From Flavobacteriaceae bacterium TMED81 (lineage in GTDB: Bacteria > Bacteroidota > Bacteroidia > Flavobacteriales > Flavobacteriaceae): a stretch of DNA of 45,149 nt. The stretch lies in assembly GCA_002171575.2 (NCBI GenBank), contig NHEI02000036.1, positions 1-45,149 of the forward strand. The letters are read 5' to 3'. Under the pieces are notes generated by a model, which made no database searches, was not told where the DNA came from, and saw only the letters and a program-made list of their open reading frames with translations. Positions 1 to 9,303 of the stretch are shown here, one piece after another. How positions within the stretch are numbered: the first letter of the stretch is position 1; every line of letters begins with the position of its first letter. A program made the position numbers and the translations under genes.

Positions 1-41
1 ACATAATATATATTATAGTGTTAATAGAGGTGTTAAATTAG

Positions 42-1763
42 ATGTATATTTACATAGCCAAATCGAATATTGTGAAACAATTGTATCATTTAATTCTATG
101 TATTGCAGTTTTAACGAGCTGTACAACGCACAATACATCGATTCAATCGTCTGGAACCATTGGGAATCATGCTCTGGTATCATCAGCCCATCCATTGGCA
201 TCTGCCATTGGTCTTGAAATCATGAAAAATGGCGGCAATGCGATTGATGCTGCGATTGCCACTCATTTTGCATTGGCGGTTGTTTATCCACAGGCCGGCA
301 ATATTGGCGGTGGCGGATTTGCCGTAATTCGCATGAATTATGGTACAATAAACTCCTTAGATTTTAGAGAAAAAGCACCAGCACTAGCGCATCGTGAAAT
401 GTATTTGAATGCAAAAGGTCAGTTGAATGACATGCAGAGTACCCACGGACTTATGGCTAGTGGTGTGCCTGGGGCTGTTGATGGGATGTTTGCCCTTCAT
501 CAAAAATATGGTACACTGCCCATGGCTGAATTGATCGAGCCGTCTATAGAAATGGCTCAAAGAGGTTATGCTTTAACCCCTCTGGCTGCTGAACTTTTAA
601 ACACCAAACAAGAAGAATTCCAAACATACAATCGCTGGTCAACCCCTTATCACAGCGATCAAGACTGGCAAGCCGGCGATACCATCACCCAACCAGATCT
701 CGCCCTGACTTTAGAACACATTCAAACCAACGGTCGTAATGGCTTTTACGAAGGAATTGTAGCAGATCAAATCGTGGCTGAGATGCAAAGTAAAAATGGC
801 TTAATCTCCCATGCAGACTTAAAAAATTACCAAAGCGTATGGCGAAAACCCATTACGGGCAATTACCGTGGACATCAAATCATCAGTATGGCTCCTCCTT
901 CGAGCGGTGGAGTTGCCTTGATTCAACTCCTACAAGGTACCGAGGGCTACCCCATCGCGGATTGGGGTCATAACAGCACCAAAACCATACATCTGATGGC
1001 TGAGCTCGAACGACGAGTCTATGCCGATCGTGCGACCTATCTGGGTGATCCTGACTTTATAAATCTTCCGGTAGATCAATTGCTCGATCCACGCTATAAT
1101 GAGCAGCGTTTTTCTGATATTTCATTTGACAAAGCTACCCCTTCCGCATTGGTTTCAGCAGGTGAAATACCACCTTCAGAAAGCCCAGAAACCACGCACC
1201 TCTCTATTGCAGATGCGGATGGGAATGCGGTGGCAATTACCACCACCCTCAACAGTTCATTTGGCAACAAAGTGATGGTAAAAGGGGCTGGTTTTTTTCT
1301 AAACAATGAAATGGACGATTTTAGCAGCAAGCCCGGCTCACCAAATCAGTTTGGATTGATTGGTGGCGAAGCCAATGCAATAGCACCCCATAAACGTATG
1401 CTCAGTTCGATGACGCCAACCATCGTTACCTACAAAGACCAACTTAAAATGATTGTGGGAACTCCAGGAGGTTCCACCATCATCACGAGCGTGTATCAAA
1501 CCCTACTCAATGTGATTGACCACGGGATGGGGATGCAAGAGGCCGTAAACGTCAAACGGGTACATCATCAGTGGTATCCCGATGAAATTCGAGTTGAATC
1601 CGACGCCTTGACTGAGAATGTACAAACCGATTTAGCACAACTTGGACATCAGTTACGAATGACTGATAAAATCGGTCGAATGGATTGTATTCTGGTACTC
1701 CCTGACGGACGTTTGGAAGGAGGCGCAGACCCACGTGGTGACAATACCGCTCTTGGCTATTGA
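42..1763 (+). CDS. ggt: gamma-glutamyltransferase (lipoprotein-type signal peptide)
   Basis: The 573-aa ORF has GGT family hallmarks (GNAIDAAIA, GGGGF, the TTH autoprocessing-site region ETTHLSIAD, and GTPGGSTII). The N-terminus LILCIAVLTSC looks like a lipobox. Confidence 0.9.
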   Translation: MYIYIAKSNIVKQLYHLILCIAVLTSCTTHNTSIQSSGTIGNHALVSSAHPLASAIGLEIMKNGGNAIDAAIATHFALAVVYPQAGNIGGGGFAVIRMNYGTINSLDFREKAPALAHREMYLNAKGQLNDMQSTHGLMASGVPGAVDGMFALHQKYGTLPMAELIEPSIEMAQRGYALTPLAAELLNTKQEEFQTYNRWSTPYHSDQDWQAGDTITQPDLALTLEHIQTNGRNGFYEGIVADQIVAEMQSKNGLISHADLKNYQSVWRKPITGNYRGHQIISMAPPSSGGVALIQLLQGTEGYPIADWGHNSTKTIHLMAELERRVYADRATYLGDPDFINLPVDQLLDPRYNEQRFSDISFDKATPSALVSAGEIPPSESPETTHLSIADADGNAVAITTTLNSSFGNKVMVKGAGFFLNNEMDDFSSKPGSPNQFGLIGGEANAIAPHKRMLSSMTPTIVTYKDQLKMIVGTPGGSTIITSVYQTLLNVIDHGMGMQEAVNVKRVHHQWYPDEIRVESDALTENVQTDLAQLGHQLRMTDKIGRMDCILVLPDGRLEGGADPRGDNTALGY

Positions 1764-1848
1764 TTGTTAATAAGCTTGTTGATGAACCGTTTTTTGGATT
1801 GGTTTAAGATACATCTTTGGGTTGTAATTTTATATCAAAGCCAAGACA

Positions 1849-2265
1849 ATGAACGATCGCCACAATGATATCCTTCGCATTCGTCCCCAAATCAAAAAAC
1901 ATCAAACTTTTGAGACCATGTCTGATGAGGAACGTTTCCAAAACAGTACGCTTCGTCCGATTCTAAAATTGCAGAATCCCCTACTCCTCGCCTCTTTTGT
2001 CAATTACGCTACCAAACATAAGGGCGTGTTTTTTGACATTCCAACAGATAAGCAATTGGCCTATATCGAAAATTCCGTGCATAAAGATCAAAAGTTTCGC
2101 AATGCCCTCAAAGGGATGATTATTGGTCAGTTTACAGTAGAAGAGTACAATATCTACACCCAAAACTCCTCTCAACTAAACAAACGGATGATGAGCTTGG
2201 TGATCACACGTCTGCAAGACCAGCTGCAGTTGTTGGTGCCAGGTGTTTTGTCTAAGGTTGGCTAA
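1849..2265 (+). CDS. conserved hypothetical protein (138 aa)
   Basis: Clean ATG-initiated ORF with no competing frame. The sequence resembles a small protein I recall as conserved in Flavobacteriia, but I cannot assign a function. Confidence 0.55.
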   Translation: MNDRHNDILRIRPQIKKHQTFETMSDEERFQNSTLRPILKLQNPLLLASFVNYATKHKGVFFDIPTDKQLAYIENSVHKDQKFRNALKGMIIGQFTVEEYNIYTQNSSQLNKRMMSLVITRLQDQLQLLVPGVLSKVG

Positions 2266-2370
2266 ACATTTTTATTATCTTAGACCACGAAATCCCTATT
2301 TCGGCGGTTAGAGCATACCTACCCTTCAGCAATTTTAACAGCATCTTTTGAGGTTTATTTAACCTGTGCG

Positions 2371-3129
2371 ATGGCACATCCAAACCCAAAATCAATGGCT
2401 GCCAAACATCGTGTTTCTTTAGGTCAGAATGCGATCTCTGGAAAAATTGTACGCATAAGACGCAAGCAGGTTTTGCTTGATCACCATGTGGCAGAGCTGT
2501 ATGGGGTGCCAACACGAGAAGTAAACCGAGCTGTAAAAAACAATCCTGAAAAGTTTTTAAAGGGATATGTTATTGAGCTGAATACCAGAGAATTGTCGAG
2601 TTTACGGTGGAAAAATTCCACCACAAATACTGCGAAAAGAAGAAGCATGCCAAAGGCATTTACGGAAAAGGGACTGTACATGTTGGAAACCATTTTAAAA
2701 TCTAAGCAAGCGACACAAGCGACGCTTCAAATTGTAGAAATCTTTACCAAAGTCAGGGAGTTTAATAATAAGTTATTTAAAAAGTGTGGAGAAAATAATT
2801 GGAGTTACTGGACTTCTTCTTCAAATGGTAAAGAATATTATTATTGTAAAAGTTGCCGTCAAAAAAGAGCCAAAAATAATTCAACAAGAAAAGCTAATTC
2901 TTTTGGTAATCATACTAAAAAACAATGGTTTTATAAGTTAAAACATTATACTAAGTGTCCAAGTTGTAATTTGAAATGGATTGATATTTCACCAAGACCG
3001 GATAAAAGATATAAACATGTTTGGACAAAAGATCATATTATTCCCTTAAGTAAAGGCGGTAGTGACAGCATAGAAAATATTCAACCATTATGTTACAAAT
3101 GCAATTTTAAAAAAAGTACAAAACTTTAA
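2371..3129 (+). CDS. ORF6N/KilA-N-like DNA-binding domain fused to a Zn-ribbon + HNH endonuclease domain
   Basis: The N-terminal ~130 aa show the ORF6N pattern (VLLDHHVAELYGVPTREVNRAVKNNPEKF ... PKAFTEKGLYMLETILKS). The C-terminal ~120 aa carry CxxC pairs (CKSC, CPSC, CYKC) and an HNH core (DHIIPLSKGGSDSIENIQPLCYKCNFKK). The start could also be the internal Met at 2395. Confidence 0.75.
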   Translation: MAHPNPKSMAAKHRVSLGQNAISGKIVRIRRKQVLLDHHVAELYGVPTREVNRAVKNNPEKFLKGYVIELNTRELSSLRWKNSTTNTAKRRSMPKAFTEKGLYMLETILKSKQATQATLQIVEIFTKVREFNNKLFKKCGENNWSYWTSSSNGKEYYYCKSCRQKRAKNNSTRKANSFGNHTKKQWFYKLKHYTKCPSCNLKWIDISPRPDKRYKHVWTKDHIIPLSKGGSDSIENIQPLCYKCNFKKSTKL

Positions 3130-3171
3130 AATTGGTATTACAAGATAATAAATCCCACAAATCTAAATACA

Positions 3172-3194
3172 AGCATGAAACTTTGTCTCATGCT
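3172..3194. terminator. hairpin between convergent genes (AGCATGA / TCATGCT)
   Basis: Perfect 7-bp inverted repeat at 3172-3178 and 3188-3194, with two further inner pairs. It lies between the stop codons of two convergent CDSs. There is no clean U-tract on either strand. Confidence 0.4.
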
Positions 3195-3202
3195 ATGAAA
3201 CC

Positions 3203-3871
3203 CTAAACCAAACGCTCCCCATCTGCATTGGTGGTAAGCACCTCGCTCATATAGTCCACAAAGGGGCGCACGGCTTGTAGGGCTTTGTTAGCGCGGTCCA
3301 CAAAGTCGGGTTGGCAGATTTCCTTGTCTGAATAGTTAATTGTGAAAATATGCTGCTTAAAACGCAACAGATCAATATGGGGGTGGTCTTTGGCGTATCC
3401 CTTGGGTGCGGTTTTGACGGCTTCGCCTTGGAGTTCGCCCCAAACGCTTTTAAATGTTTTGTTGTTCAGAATAGAACGGTATTCTTCCCCATCCATGTCA
3501 ATCTCTTGTCGGATGCGCTTCAGGTCGGCTGGGTTGGGATCCCAAAAGCCGCAGGCCAAAAAGTTGTTTTTAGGGGATAGATGCAGGTAATAACCCCCAC
3601 GATAGAGGGGTTTGGTGCGGTGCCATGTCAGTCCAAAATGGGTTTTATAGGGTGTTTTGTCTTTGGAAAAACGCACGTCTCGATAAATGCGAAACAACTT
3701 AAAGCGGTCAATGTGATCGTGTTGGTTGAGTTGATCTTTTAGCTGTTCTCCAAAGGCCTTGACTTGGGCTTCTAGGGCTTTAAAGGTGGGTTTATGCTCC
3801 ATAAACCAATCCCGGTTGTTGTTTTGTTGCAAGTCTGTAAAAAAAGAAAAGAGGCTTTTTGGTAATTGCAT
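3203..3871 (-). CDS. DUF2461 (TIGR02453-type) family protein
   Basis: The 222-aa ORF has the characteristic F..L..NN.R.WF start and the RIYRDVRFSKDKTPYK motif. Confidence 0.8.
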   Translation of the reverse strand: MQLPKSLFSFFTDLQQNNNRDWFMEHKPTFKALEAQVKAFGEQLKDQLNQHDHIDRFKLFRIYRDVRFSKDKTPYKTHFGLTWHRTKPLYRGGYYLHLSPKNNFLACGFWDPNPADLKRIRQEIDMDGEEYRSILNNKTFKSVWGELQGEAVKTAPKGYAKDHPHIDLLRFKQHIFTINYSDKEICQPDFVDRANKALQAVRPFVDYMSEVLTTNADGERLV

Positions 3872-3902
3872 GTCAAAAGTTTTGTTTGTTTATAAAAATA
3901 TG

Positions 3903-3910
3903 TAATTTTG
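3903..3910 (+). promoter_or_regulatory. candidate Bacteroidota -7 promoter box TAatTTTG
   Basis: Exact match to the TAnnTTTG consensus, about 20 nt upstream of the ATG at 3931. Confidence 0.4.
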
Positions 3911-3930
3911 AGGTAACCATTCTTCAAACT

Positions 3931-4140
3931 ATGCCTTGGATCAACACATATCTTTTCTTTTTACTTGTCGTCATCATCAATAAACTCTTTTATTAGGTTT
4001 CCTTGCAAAAGCCCATTTTGAGCTTTGTGTTGATTTCCCTATTGTTTGCCACCTACTTCTTTTTATTGACCTATGGAGACGGAATTGAGATCATCGATCA
4101 ATATGTCATTTATCGGTATACTTCAATCCACCAAGCATGA
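3931..4140 (+). CDS. small hydrophobic ORF, either a two-TM protein interrupted by an in-frame TAG (3994-3996) or two mini-ORFs (21 aa, plus 45 aa from TTG 4003)
   Basis: Hand translation gives MPWINTYLFFLLVVIINKLFY*VSLQKPILSFVLISLLFATYFFLLTYGDGIEIIDQYVIYRYTSIHQA*. The terminal TGA overlaps the next ATG (ATGA at 4137-4140). Confidence 0.3.
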
Positions 4141-4316
4141 ATACCACAACTTTGATTTTGGTTTTTGCTTTGTTGGGGTTTAGCTATCTGCTTTATCGCT
4201 CGTTTAGGCGTCGCTTTTCACAAACCCCTTTGTTTCGCGTTTTTGTGAGCATGGTATCTTATGTCTTAATCGCCTTAGCGGTGATGATCTTACTGACTTG
4301 GCATTCGTTTTACTAA
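4137..4316 (+). CDS. small two-TM membrane protein (59 aa), below the ORF-track cutoff
   Basis: Hand translation gives MNTTTLILVFALLGFSYLLYRSFRRRFSQTPLFRVFVSMVSYVLIALAVMILLTWHSFY. It has two hydrophobic helices separated by a basic loop, and its start has an ATGA overlap with the upstream ORF. Confidence 0.45.
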   Translation: MNTTTLILVFALLGFSYLLYRSFRRRFSQTPLFRVFVSMVSYVLIALAVMILLTWHSFY

Positions 4317-4326
4317 ACGATTTTCC

Positions 4327-4488
4327 ATGGAAGTCCTTCTAGTGGGGTTGTTCTTGCTGTTTTTACATGGGCTAAACAAGTGCTATCCCATGACCTTTTA
4401 CAAATACCCTAGCTGCAGTATCGTTGTAACGATTCTACTGTATTTACTGATTTTGGTCATGCTGATGGGTTTATACTTTGGAGTATAG
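4327..4488 (+). CDS. small two-TM membrane protein (53 aa), below the ORF-track cutoff
   Basis: Hand translation gives MEVLLVGLFLLFLHGLNKCYPMTFYKYPSCSIVVTILLYLLILVMLMGLYFGV. It has the same helix-loop-helix layout as the preceding ORF. Confidence 0.4.
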   Translation: MEVLLVGLFLLFLHGLNKCYPMTFYKYPSCSIVVTILLYLLILVMLMGLYFGV

Positions 4489-5088
4489 CTACCCCTTTTG
4501 TCGTTCCTCAAGTACGCGAACCACATCGTTTAAGGTATGCCCCTTGGCCTGTAATAAAATCATCAGGTGAAACAACAGGTCAGCGCTTTCATTCATAAAC
4601 AAGTCTGAGTCGGTATCTTTGGCTTCAATGACGGTTTCCACGGCTTCCTCCCCTACCTTTTGGGCAATTTTATTGATGCCTTTGGCAAATAAGCTCGCCA
4701 CATAGCTTTTGTCAGAAGGATTGTTTTTGCGATCCGCAATTACCTCTTCCAAAGCAGTCAAAAATCCATAGTTGGGTGTATTGCTTTCGCCCCAGCATGT
4801 ATCATCTCCCTTGTGACAAGTGGGCCCTTTGGGCTTGGCCTGAATCAATAGGGCATCACGATCACAGTCCACCGCCATATCGACTAGGGTCAATACATGA
4901 CCACTCTCCTCCCCTTTTGTCCAAAGGCGGTTTTTGGAACGACTAAAGAAAGTGACTTGTTGGGTCTCTTGTGTTTTGGTAACGGCTTCTTGGTTCATAT
5001 AGCCCAACATCAGTACACATTTGGTATTTGCATCTTGCACGATGGCGGGAACAAGTCCGTCTGGGTGTTTGCTAAAATCGATTGTCAT
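4489..5088 (-). CDS. hisIE: bifunctional phosphoribosyl-AMP cyclohydrolase / phosphoribosyl-ATP pyrophosphatase
   Basis: The 199-aa ORF has a HisI-like N-terminal half ([16 protein letters not shown], ...CH.G..SCW-like region) and a HisE-like C-terminal half (EEAVE...[10 protein letters not shown]). Confidence 0.9.
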   Translation of the reverse strand: MTIDFSKHPDGLVPAIVQDANTKCVLMLGYMNQEAVTKTQETQQVTFFSRSKNRLWTKGEESGHVLTLVDMAVDCDRDALLIQAKPKGPTCHKGDDTCWGESNTPNYGFLTALEEVIADRKNNPSDKSYVASLFAKGINKIAQKVGEEAVETVIEAKDTDSDLFMNESADLLFHLMILLQAKGHTLNDVVRVLEERQKG

Positions 5089-5837
5089 CGCATTGGTATT
5101 TTGTGTAATCGCAATTCGTTTTTTAGTTCTGGTATGCTGATTTCTTTAAAGTGAAATACGCTTGCTGCCAAAGCCGCATCTGCATTTCCCTCGACAAAGG
5201 TATCAATAAAGTGTTGCATGGTCCCTGCTCCGCCAGAAGCAATGACTGGAACCGTGACTGTTTCGCAGAGTTGCCGTAGTGCGGTATTGGCAAATCCTTG
5301 TTTGGTGCCATCGTGATCCATAGAGGTAAACAGCAGTTCCCCTGCGCCGCGCGCTACGGCTTCTTGCGCCCATGGAAATAGTTTTCGTTCAGTGGGAACC
5401 TTACCACCAACCAAGTGAACAATCCATTCTGCAGCAATTTGTTTGGCGTCAATCGCTACAACGACACATTGTGTGCCAAAACGATTGGCAACCTCACTGA
5501 TGAGCGAAGGACGGCGAACAGCAGCAGAGTTGATCGAGACCTTGTCTGCACCATTGTCCAATAGGATTCCAACATCGTCCATTGTATTGATACCACCGCC
5601 CACGGTAAAAGGGATGTCGATGGCTTGGGCAACATCACGGACAAGCTTGGCAAGGGTTTTTCGTTTTTCTTCTGATGCTGAGATATCGAGAAATACGAGT
5701 TCATCTGCTCCTTCCGCTGCATAGCGTTGGGCAAGTTCAACAGGGTCCCCTGCATCCCGAAGGTTGACAAAATTGACCCCCTTGACCGTACGGCCATCTT
5801 TGATATCTAAACAGGGTATGATTCGTTTTGTGAGCAT
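5085..5837 (-). CDS. hisF: imidazole glycerol phosphate synthase cyclase subunit
   Basis: The ORF matches HisF from [20 protein letters not shown] onward. The start was moved to the ATG at 5837 because the upstream 36 codons overlap hisA and are not HisF-like. Confidence 0.9.
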   Translation of the reverse strand: MLTKRIIPCLDIKDGRTVKGVNFVNLRDAGDPVELAQRYAAEGADELVFLDISASEEKRKTLAKLVRDVAQAIDIPFTVGGGINTMDDVGILLDNGADKVSINSAAVRRPSLISEVANRFGTQCVVVAIDAKQIAAEWIVHLVGGKVPTERKLFPWAQEAVARGAGELLFTSMDHDGTKQGFANTALRQLCETVTVPVIASGGAGTMQHFIDTFVEGNADAALAASVFHFKEISIPELKNELRLHKIPMR

Positions 5838-5838
5838 A

Positions 5839-6567
5839 TCAGTATTGATTGAGTTGATAGGTTTCCAGTTCTGCAAACCCGATTTTTCCTTCGTAAATGG
5901 CTTTGCCAACAACTGCTGCCGAGCAACCGAGTTCACGACAGGCATAGAGGTCTTCCATCGTGCTTACCCCACCTGAGGCGATCAGAGACAAGCCCTCAAC
6001 CTCATTGAGCAGTTCGCGGTATAGTTCTAAAGACGGACCTGCTAGCATGCCATCTTTGGCAACATCGGTACACAACACATTCGTAAATCCTTTTTTTGTG
6101 AAATCCTGAACAAACTCCAATACATCAAGTCCGGAGTCTTGTTCCCAACCGTGTGTGGCAATACGACGGTTTTTAGCATCTGCCCCTAGGATAAGTTGAT
6201 CCGCACCATATTGGTCCAACCACTCCAATACAAGTTGTGGTTCGACCACGGCGATACTCCCGAGGGTAACCTGTGCAGCACCACAATCAAAAGCAGTTTG
6301 CAAATCACGCTCCGACTTAATTCCGCCGCCAAAGTCCACTTGTAAGGTGGTTTGGGTGGCAATGGCCTCCAAAACCTTCGCATTGACAATATGCTTGGCA
6401 CGAGCTCCGTCAAGGTCAACCACGTGTAGGTGTGTCAGTCCAGCCCCTTCAAAGCGTTTGGCAACCTCAACAGGGGAATCACTATAAACGGTTTTGGTGT
6501 CATAAACTCCTTTGGTCAGTCGAACACATTGCCCATCTATGATATCAACAGCAGGAATAATGATCAT
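5839..6567 (-). CDS. hisA: 1-(5-phosphoribosyl)-5-[(5-phosphoribosylamino)methylideneamino]imidazole-4-carboxamide isomerase
   Basis: The 242-aa ORF begins [17 protein letters not shown] and carries a GGGI motif. It occupies the hisA position in the his operon. Confidence 0.9.
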   Translation of the reverse strand: MIIIPAVDIIDGQCVRLTKGVYDTKTVYSDSPVEVAKRFEGAGLTHLHVVDLDGARAKHIVNAKVLEAIATQTTLQVDFGGGIKSERDLQTAFDCGAAQVTLGSIAVVEPQLVLEWLDQYGADQLILGADAKNRRIATHGWEQDSGLDVLEFVQDFTKKGFTNVLCTDVAKDGMLAGPSLELYRELLNEVEGLSLIASGGVSTMEDLYACRELGCSAAVVGKAIYEGKIGFAELETYQLNQY

Positions 6568-7142
6568 AATGACAAAAAATTTTGTAAAAGTTGTGCACCC
6601 ATGGCCCCACTCTTTTCCGGGTGAAATTGGGTACCATAAAAGTTGTTTTTTGCCATTGCTGCAGCAATATTGATGTCATAAAAACAGTGTCCAACCGTAT
6701 TTTCATTGGGTTTCGCATAATAGCTATGCACCAGATAAAAATGACTGTCGTTTGGGATTTTGTCAAACAATACCCCATTTCCTTTCACTTCGTTCCAACC
6801 CATGTGCGGTACATTGCGTGTGGTTGTAAACCGAACCACTTCGGTATCAAAGATTCCCAAGCCCGTTGTATTTCCCTCTTCGGAGCTGTTACACATCAAC
6901 TGCATTCCCAAACAAATGCCCAATACAGGTTGTGCCAGCTCAGGAATAAGTGTGTCCAACTGGGTACTTTTGAGTTTCGCCATCGCCGAGCTCGCTTCCC
7001 CTACTCCTGGGAAAATGACATGAGAAGCCGATTGAATGGTTTCTGGATCACTAGACAGTGCGGCCGAAACTCCCAAACGTGCCAAAGCAAAACGAATGCT
7101 CTGGATATTCCCAGCCCCATAATCGATAATGGCTACACTCAT
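6564..7142 (-). CDS. hisH: imidazole glycerol phosphate synthase glutamine amidotransferase subunit
   Basis: The 192-aa ORF has a class I GATase pattern ([20 protein letters not shown]). Confidence 0.9.
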   Translation of the reverse strand: MSVAIIDYGAGNIQSIRFALARLGVSAALSSDPETIQSASHVIFPGVGEASSAMAKLKSTQLDTLIPELAQPVLGICLGMQLMCNSSEEGNTTGLGIFDTEVVRFTTTRNVPHMGWNEVKGNGVLFDKIPNDSHFYLVHSYYAKPNENTVGHCFYDINIAAAMAKNNFYGTQFHPEKSGAMGAQLLQNFLSL

Positions 7143-8260
7143 AACTGTCCTTTGGTAGAAGGGAGAATCAATTTTTCAGGATCGCGCTGTATCGCTGCTT
7201 TAATGGCTTTGGCAAAGCTCTTAAAAATCGCCTCGATTTTGTGGTGCTCATTGTGCCCTTCTGCTTTGATGTTCAAATTGGCCTTTGCCCCATCGGCAAA
7301 GGATTTAAAAAAGTGGAAAAACATTTCAGTTGGCATTTTCCCAATCAGTTCCCGTTTAAATTTGGCATCCCACATCAACCAAGACCGCCCGCCAAAATCA
7401 ATGGCGACTTGCGCAAGGCAATCATCCATCGGTAAGCAAAATCCATAGCGCTCGATCCCGAGTTTGTCTCCTAAAGCCATTGCAAAGGCCTCTCCGAGTG
7501 CAATAGCAGTATCTTCAATGGTGTGGTGCTCATCGACTTCCAAGTCGCCCTTGGTGGTCAATTCGATATCAATTCCTCCGTGACGTGCCAATTGATCGAG
7601 CATATGATCAAAAAATGCAATTCCTGTATCAATCGTGCTTTGCCCCGTTCCGTCGAGGTTAAGCGCAATCGAAATATCCGTTTCTTTGGTTGTGCGATTG
7701 TGTGTACACAGGCGTTGACCAGCTTTGAGCATGGTGTAAACTTCACCCCAGTTGGCAGTCGTTAACGCAATGGCTGCTTTGGTGGCCTTATCAGGAGTTT
7801 CGCTAAGACGTTCATCGTGTTGCAGCAAAATGCCTTGGGCACCGAGGTTGACTGCCAATTGCATATCGCTCAAACGGTCTCCGATGACAAAGGAATTCTC
7901 TAAGTCATAATCTCCAGACAAATAAGCCGTTAACAAGCCCGTTTCGGGTTTGCGCGTGGGCGCTTGATCTGCTGGAAAGCTTTTGTCAATACAGACTTCC
8001 TCGAAAATAATCCCTTCGTTTTTCATCGCATCGATCAAATGATTATGTACAGGCCAAAATTGCTCCTCCGGGAAGCTGTCGGTACCCAAGCCGTCTTGGT
8101 TGGTAACCATGACAAGGGTGTAGTCCAACTCTTTCGCAATACGTCCAAGATAGGTAAATACACCAGGGTAAAACGTCAATTTTTCAAAACTGTCAAGCTG
8201 ATAGTCCTCTGGCTCTAGCGCCAGTGTCCCATCACGATCGATAAATAAGACCTTTTTCAT
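7139..8260 (-). CDS. hisB: bifunctional histidinol-phosphatase / imidazoleglycerol-phosphate dehydratase
   Basis: The 373-aa ORF has an HAD-type N-terminus (FIDRDGT) and an IGPD C-terminus (HH..E..FKA/FAKA motifs). Confidence 0.9.
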   Translation of the reverse strand: MKKVLFIDRDGTLALEPEDYQLDSFEKLTFYPGVFTYLGRIAKELDYTLVMVTNQDGLGTDSFPEEQFWPVHNHLIDAMKNEGIIFEEVCIDKSFPADQAPTRKPETGLLTAYLSGDYDLENSFVIGDRLSDMQLAVNLGAQGILLQHDERLSETPDKATKAAIALTTANWGEVYTMLKAGQRLCTHNRTTKETDISIALNLDGTGQSTIDTGIAFFDHMLDQLARHGGIDIELTTKGDLEVDEHHTIEDTAIALGEAFAMALGDKLGIERYGFCLPMDDCLAQVAIDFGGRSWLMWDAKFKRELIGKMPTEMFFHFFKSFADGAKANLNIKAEGHNEHHKIEAIFKSFAKAIKAAIQRDPEKLILPSTKGQL

Positions 8261-9303
8261 GATGACAAGCGATTTAATGTTTCTATCAATATTTGATTTT
8301 CTTGGGGTGTTCCAACAGAAAAACGAAGGCAGTTTTCACACCCCACTTGATTACTGCGGTTGCGCACAACGATGTAATTTTCGATAAGTTGAGCATATCG
8401 TTTGTTGGCATCATCAACCCGCACCAAAAGGAAATTCGAATCACTCGGATAAACCTTTTCAACAAAGGAAATCTTCTCTAGCTGTGCAAACAGACCCTTT
8501 CTTTCTGCAATAAGTTGTGTGATTTGCCCTTGGGTTGTATCCCAATCCGCTAAAGCTGAAATGGCACGTTCTTGGGTCAATGAATTGATATTATATGGGG
8601 GTTTAATTTTGTTGAGAATATCGATAATCTCCTCACTTGCGATACAGATGCCAAGCCGAATTCCAGCTAGCCCATAGGCCTTGGAAAGGGTTTGGGTGAT
8701 GATTAAGTTGGGATAGGATGATAAGTCCGAAACCAAACTTTTTTGCGTAGAAAAATCGATATATGCCTCATCAATCACCACTAGACCAGTAAAAGATTGT
8801 ATTAAAGTAAGGATGTCCTCTCGGCGAAATGAATTGCCACTTGGATTGTTGGGAGAACACAGGAATATCGCTTTGGTTTGGGTCGAAATCTGGCTGAGAA
8901 TATCTTTTGTAACTAACTGAAAATCATCATTTAAAGGTACTTCATCTAAAGAAATACAGTTGATGTTCGCGAGCACTTTATACATGCCATAAGTTGGGGG
9001 CATCACAATGATTTTGTCTTGATTTGGAATGCAAAACGCACGAAAAATTAAGTCCAAAACCTCGTCACTTCCATTGCCGAGAAGCAATTGATTGGCAGCT
9101 ACCCATCTACGCCTTGCAATGACTTCTTTTAGCTTTCGCTGCTGCGGATCGGGATAACGGTTTACACCATTGTCAAATGGATTCTCATTCGCATCCAAAT
9201 ACACAACCTCACTCTCAACAGGGTCAAATTCGTCCCGAGCCGATGAATATGGCTGTAAATCAGCGATGTGTGAGCGAACCAATTTTTGAATATCAAAACT
9301 CAT
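8257..9303 (-). CDS. hisC: histidinol-phosphate aminotransferase
   Basis: The 348-aa class II aminotransferase has a YPD motif, an NPNNPSG-like motif (SPNNPSGN), and the [11 protein letters not shown]-lysine region. Confidence 0.9.
   Translation of the reverse strand: MSFDIQKLVRSHIADLQPYSSARDEFDPVESEVVYLDANENPFDNGVNRYPDPQQRKLKEVIARRRWVAANQLLLGNGSDEVLDLIFRAFCIPNQDKIIVMPPTYGMYKVLANINCISLDEVPLNDDFQLVTKDILSQISTQTKAIFLCSPNNPSGNSFRREDILTLIQSFTGLVVIDEAYIDFSTQKSLVSDLSSYPNLIITQTLSKAYGLAGIRLGICIASEEIIDILNKIKPPYNINSLTQERAISALADWDTTQGQITQLIAERKGLFAQLEKISFVEKVYPSDSNFLLVRVDDANKRYAQLIENYIVVRNRSNQVGCENCLRFSVGTPQENQILIETLNRLSS

Noticed and set aside
2296-2335. A tRNA-like fragment (GGCGGTTAGAGCATACC, reminiscent of a D-arm) upstream of the ORF6N-HNH gene. 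It could be an att-site remnant.
   Set aside because: I could not build an anticodon stem, T-arm or acceptor stem around it. The similarity is limited to about 10 nt, and no matching direct repeat was seen on the other side of the gene.
5838-5945. An upstream extension of hisF. Similar extensions occur for hisD (10584-10658), ppc (26252-26281), M14 peptidase (27955-27990), aroB and tsaE.
   Set aside because: The extensions begin at non-ATG codons, overlap neighbouring genes or promoter boxes, and lack family similarity. Internal ATGs give canonical N-termini.
6591-7448. A 285-aa ORF on the plus strand opposite hisH and hisB.
   Set aside because: It is fully antisense to two genes with strong family motifs. 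Its translation is low-complexity and Cys/Arg/Ser-rich with no recognisable domain. It is probably a shadow ORF arising from codon bias on the opposite strand.
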